Assembly (NCBI GenBank): GCA_037190965.1
Contig: JBBCKI010000041.1
Location: forward strand, 1 to 32,154
DNA from: Chthoniobacteraceae bacterium
Lineage (GTDB): Bacteria; Verrucomicrobiota; Verrucomicrobiia; Chthoniobacterales; Chthoniobacteraceae
Length of the DNA stretch: 32,154 nt
Direction of reading: 5' to 3'
This document shows positions 25,311 through 32,154 of the stretch, in pieces; within the stretch, counting starts at the first letter, position 1, and the number at the start of each line of letters is the position of its first letter. The notes beneath the pieces were generated by a model. That model did not search any database and was not told the origin of the DNA. It was given only the letters and a program-made list of their open reading frames with translations. The translations under genes and the position numbers were made by a program.

Positions 25311-25457
25311 GGTAGTCCGCTCTCGCCGAGAGCGCGGGAGATGACAAGGAGGCGCGTTTTGCCTCCATCCCCGCAAGACGAGCCTATGTTGCCGGGGTGC
25401 GACCTTAGGGAAGCCTCGGGAGCCGATACCCGCGCTCGGCGGCGCGAGCGTGCTACC
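25311..25457. repeat. GTAG-type REP doublet (REPIN-like), copy 2
   Basis: GGTAGTCCGCTCTCGCCGAGAGCGCGGG ... CCCGCGCTCGGCGGCGCGAGCGTGCTACC. Same size and same internal CATCCCCGCA motif as 9666-9811. Confidence 0.85.
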
Positions 25458-25616
25458 GGTGCTCCCGCACCGGCTACTACAGGCCATGTCTTCTTCATCG
25501 AAAGATTGCCGATACGCTTGGATTTCACCGAATTCTGACGAAAGAGGCTCGTCAGACGGCCAGATTTTGCTGGGGCGCGAATACCACAAGCAAAATCAAC
25601 ATAGTAAAGCCACACC

Positions 25617-26282
25617 ATGAATAAACTGACATTGAGCCTTTTAACGGCATTGACGGTTGCAACCCCCGCCTTCGCTGGCGTCACTGTGGTGTCGAAGGAA
25701 TACAAACAGCCGATTGTTCTCCCGCCCCCTTGCTTCAGGGACCAGGAGCTTCAACTGGATCTCTTCTACTCGTATAACGATGCCAGGCCGGGCAGCAATC
25801 GATACTTCCGCGACGGCAGTGGAGGCGGCGTTGGCATAAACTACTTCTTTTGTCGGTATTTCGGTTTCAGTGTGGAGGGCAACTGGTGGAACGGCACCGA
25901 AACCCGCTCCTCAAGAACGGAGCGCGTGAGGAGCGGCACGGAACGGTTTTGGGACGACGAAAAATGCGAATGGCGCGAGAGGACAAAGTTCAAGAACCGG
26001 GAACGGAGATCCTCCCATCGCGCGGTTGCTCACCAGGTGACGGGCAACTTCATCATTCGCTATCCTCTTGAGCTCTGTAACATTTGCTTTGCTCCTTACA
26101 TCTTTGGGGGCGGCGGCGGTCTCTTCGACGGAAGCAAGGTCGGGTTCGCCGACGTGGGCGCCGGCGTGGAGTGGCGTGCGACGGAGCACTTCGGTGTATT
26201 CGCCGACTGGCGCTGGAACTTCACCGGGAAATCCAAGAACGACATCGACACCACACGCGCCGGTGTCCGGTTCGTATTCTAG
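25617..26282 (+). CDS. Outer-membrane beta-barrel protein (8-stranded OmpA/OMP_b-brl type)
   Basis: Signal peptide ending PAFA, alternating beta strands, APYIFGGGG, and C-terminal RAGVRFVF with terminal Phe. Confidence 0.8.
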   Translation: MNKLTLSLLTALTVATPAFAGVTVVSKEYKQPIVLPPPCFRDQELQLDLFYSYNDARPGSNRYFRDGSGGGVGINYFFCRYFGFSVEGNWWNGTETRSSRTERVRSGTERFWDDEKCEWRERTKFKNRERRSSHRAVAHQVTGNFIIRYPLELCNICFAPYIFGGGGGLFDGSKVGFADVGAGVEWRATEHFGVFADWRWNFTGKSKNDIDTTRAGVRFVF

Positions 26283-26446
26283 AGCGTTTTCAGCTTATTC
26301 TGTCGCATGCTTTGCGGTGGCGCAGGCTGTTGCGCGGCCCTTCGAGCTTGGGCAGTATTGAAAATACAGCCGCTACGCTCGAAAAACCGCGCAACAACCT
26401 ACGGCACTCGCAAAATCATTGCGACATTCTAAACCGAAAAAGCTCT
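26281..26446. mobile_element. ~166-bp fully palindromic MITE-like element
   Basis: AGAGCGTTTTCAGCTTA / TAAACCGAAAAAGCTCT termini. TGTCGCA..TGTTGCGCGG pairs with CCGCGCAACA..TGCGACA, and TTCGAGC pairs with GCTCGAA. Overlaps the TAG stop of the OMP gene. Confidence 0.75.
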
Positions 26447-26543
26447 GAAATTCTTACGTTGGGTATTGTTTGAGCGAATGTAGCTGGGGTTCCGGAGAAC
26501 CCCGGCTTTCCTTTTGCGGTAAAGCATCAGGATATTTCGCGGT

Positions 26544-27800
26544 TTATGGAAACAGCCCTCGCAGCTTCTTCGCTTCCACGACCTTGTTGATCCCTAGTGT
26601 CAGGGCCGCCGTGCGGTGGTCGAGGTTACGCAGGCGCGCTTCCTTCATCACCTGATCGAATGATTGGCCCAGCACGCGGTAGAGTTTGTCGAAGATCTCG
26701 GGTTCGCTCCAGAAGAAGGTTTGCAGGTTCTGCACCCATTCGAAGTAGCTCACGATAACACCTCCGGAGTTGCAGAGAATATCGGGAATGACGAAGATGT
26801 CGCCTCGCTGCCGGAGAATGGCGTCGGCCTCGAAAGTGGTCGGCCCGTTGGCGGCTTCCGCGAGAATGCGGCATTGCAGGCGACCCGCATTTTTTTCCGT
26901 GATGACCCGGTCGAGAGCCGCCGGGATCAACGCTTCGCACGGCTGTACCAATAATTCCTCGTTGCTGATGGCGTCGCCGCCGCAGAATCCTTGAAGCGTC
27001 GTGGACTTTTCGAAATGGGCATGGAGAGCGGCGATGTCGAGTCCCTTCTCGTCGATGACGCCCCCGGTGTGATCGCTGACGCCGATGATCTTGAAGCCAT
27101 TCTTCGCCATCGCGTAGGCGGCGAAGCTGCCGACGTTGCCGAAACCCTGGATGATGATCCGGCTGTCGCTGGGGAGCTTCAGGAGATCGATGGCGCGCGT
27201 GGTCAGAAACGCGACGCCGCGTCCCGTTGCTTCGCGGCGGCCCAGCGAGCCGCCAATGGCCACCGGCTTCCCCGTCACGATCCCCGGCACGGTATGGCCG
27301 ACCTGGGTGGAGTAGGTATCCATCATCCATGCCATGGTCTGCTCGTTGGTGCCCATATCGGGAGCCATCACATCGGTATGCGGCCCGATGAACGGGATCA
27401 TCTCCGCCGTGTAACGCCGTGTGAGATTCTCCAGCTCCTTCGGGCTCATCCGATGGGGATCGCAGGCGATGCCGCCCTTCGCCCCGCCGTAGGGCAGGCC
27501 GACCAGCGCGCACTTCCAGCTCATCCACATCGCCAGCGCCGCCACTTCCCCCAGATCGACCGAGGGGTGGAATCGCAGCCCTCCCTTGGTGGGGCCAAGC
27601 GTCAGGTGGTGCTGGACGCGGTGCCCTTCGAAGACGACGACTTCACCATTGTCGAGTTCCACCGGGACGGTGACCGTGATCATCCGTTTCGGCAGCTTCA
27701 CCCGGTCGCGGTATTGAGCCGGGATATTAAGAAAATCAGCGGCCGCATCGAACTGCTGGCACGCCATCTTGAAGGTGGGACTGCTCAGGAGCGATTTCAT
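26544..27800 (-). CDS. gdhA: Glu/Leu/Phe/Val dehydrogenase (glutamate dehydrogenase)
   Basis: GPTKGGLRF, MSWKC, LPYGGAKGG, APDMGT, GREATGRGV-like segment, QGFGNVG and EAANGP. ATG at 27800. Confidence 0.92.
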   Translation of the reverse strand: MKSLLSSPTFKMACQQFDAAADFLNIPAQYRDRVKLPKRMITVTVPVELDNGEVVVFEGHRVQHHLTLGPTKGGLRFHPSVDLGEVAALAMWMSWKCALVGLPYGGAKGGIACDPHRMSPKELENLTRRYTAEMIPFIGPHTDVMAPDMGTNEQTMAWMMDTYSTQVGHTVPGIVTGKPVAIGGSLGRREATGRGVAFLTTRAIDLLKLPSDSRIIIQGFGNVGSFAAYAMAKNGFKIIGVSDHTGGVIDEKGLDIAALHAHFEKSTTLQGFCGGDAISNEELLVQPCEALIPAALDRVITEKNAGRLQCRILAEAANGPTTFEADAILRQRGDIFVIPDILCNSGGVIVSYFEWVQNLQTFFWSEPEIFDKLYRVLGQSFDQVMKEARLRNLDHRTAALTLGINKVVEAKKLRGLFP

Positions 27801-27853
27801 GAGATGCCCGCGATCTTCTCCCAAATGTTTGAAGATCGCAAGTCACCTGTCGG

Positions 27854-31051
<3,198 letters not shown>

Positions 31052-31132
31052 TCACTCTTGAACCAGCGTCACTGGATTAACTCTGGATTATGCTGCACTT
31101 ATTCCCGTAAGGTCGGCTGATCTCAAGAATTT

Positions 31133-31960
31133 GTGCAGCTCTCCGGACTTCAATTTCATCTGATCACCGACACCCGGCGCACGACGGCCGCAGGCGTGAT
31201 GTTCCCGGAGCATCGCCACGGTTTTTATGAACTCGGCGTCGTCAGAACCGGGGAGGCGCGGTGGCATTTGAGCGGGCGTGGAGACGTGGCGCTTCGGGCT
31301 GGGGAAGCCATGCTGGTCGCTCCCCAGCAGCTTCACTTCGAAGAAGCGAGGGTGGACACTGGATTCGCGTGGATTGGCTTTCACGCGGAAGAGGGAATGC
31401 TCGAGGGAGTGCCGCTGCATCGCAGGATCGTCTTCGAACCGTGGTGGGGAGAGCTTTTGGAAGTCATCGCCCGGTTGCGGGATGAGGACGCTCTTCATCC
31501 GCCTTTTCATCAGGAGAGAATCCTTCTGTTGCTTGCGGAATTGGTGATCCTGCTCAAGCGGGCGGTTGCGCCTGCGGCCCATAGGGAGAAGCAGGAAAGG
31601 TTGGAGAGAGTGGCGAGAATCGACACCGGGGATCGGATCGAGGAGGCGCGGGCTTATCTGGAGCGCAACGCCGCCAAACCGCTGACCATGATGCAGGTCG
31701 CCCGATGGCATGGCTGGAGCCTCAATCATTTCGAGGCGTTGTTTTGCGCCCGATTCGGGATGCCTCCCAAGCAATTTCAGCAGAAATGCCGCCTCTTTAA
31801 GATCGAGCAACGGATGCGGACCGGGGAACGGAGCGCGAAGATCCTGGCGCAGGAGCACGGGTTTCAGGACAGCGGTTACTTCTGCCGGTGGTTCAAGAAG
31901 CAAACCGGGATGACGCCTTCGGAATACTTCGAGCGGTGTGCGGGAAGACAGGGCAGGTAG
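31133..31960 (+). CDS. AraC-family transcriptional regulator
   Basis: Cupin HRHGFYE motif and C-terminal HTH (GFQDSGYFCRWFKKQTGMTPSEY). Divergent from the beta-galactosidase gene. Confidence 0.92.
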   Translation: MQLSGLQFHLITDTRRTTAAGVMFPEHRHGFYELGVVRTGEARWHLSGRGDVALRAGEAMLVAPQQLHFEEARVDTGFAWIGFHAEEGMLEGVPLHRRIVFEPWWGELLEVIARLRDEDALHPPFHQERILLLLAELVILLKRAVAPAAHREKQERLERVARIDTGDRIEEARAYLERNAAKPLTMMQVARWHGWSLNHFEALFCARFGMPPKQFQQKCRLFKIEQRMRTGERSAKILAQEHGFQDSGYFCRWFKKQTGMTPSEYFERCAGRQGR

Positions 31961-32045
31961 CCCGCTCGCGCCGTCGAGCGCGGTATCGATGGAGAGTCGC
32001 GTTGTGCGTTCATCCCCCGCAGGACGGGCCCTTATGGAACTGGGT
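31956..32045. repeat. GTAG-type REP element, copy 3 (left part only)
   Basis: GGTAGCCCGCTCGCGCCGTCGAGCGCGG...CATCCCCCGCAGGACGGGC is colinear with 9666-9753. Its GTAG supplies the araC stop codon. Confidence 0.8.
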
Positions 32046-32076
32046 TATTACGTTCAAGAAAAGATCCTGCAAGCCC

Positions 32077-32154
32077 GAGTGGTTAAGAAGAAGAAATAGA
32101 GGGCCTTTGGCCATGAGCGGCGTCGCGGAGCTCCGCCCTCCCTCTACCGCGCGG
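32077..32154. repeat. Second, inverted copy of the 5088-5260 element, truncated by the window edge
   Basis: AAATAGAGGGCCTTTGGCC..GCGGCGTCGCGGAGCTCCGCCCTCCC..CTACCGCGCGG matches the reverse complement of about 5188-5260. Confidence 0.8.

Overview
GC-rich bacterial chromosomal window, most likely from Verrucomicrobiota. This is inferred from the lpxC-fabZ fusion, a PEP-CTERM protein, a Pup-ligase-family gene in an LPS-producing organism and the style of the outer-membrane barrel protein. It covers the probable replication-origin region (DnaA boxes, dnaA, dnaN) and housekeeping genes (lpxA, lpxC/fabZ, yacG, panC, nadB, gdhA, a GH2 beta-galactosidase with a divergent AraC regulator, and a sodium:solute symporter). 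Four things stand out. (1) A PNAG-like exopolysaccharide cassette: pgaC-like, then a small 2-TM gene, then a protein whose PgaB-like deacetylase domain is C-terminal to a GHL10-like hydrolase domain (the reverse of canonical PgaB), with no pgaA in the window. (2) An ECF sigma / anti-sigma / HtrA cluster whose HtrA appears to have lost all three catalytic-triad residues. (3) A stand-alone PafA-type Pup/UBact ligase with no modifier or proteasome genes nearby. (4) About ten intergenic palindromic elements from several unrelated families, several starting exactly at TAG stop codons and two apparently nested, with no transposase in the window. All calls come from motif recognition by eye; no database searches were run.
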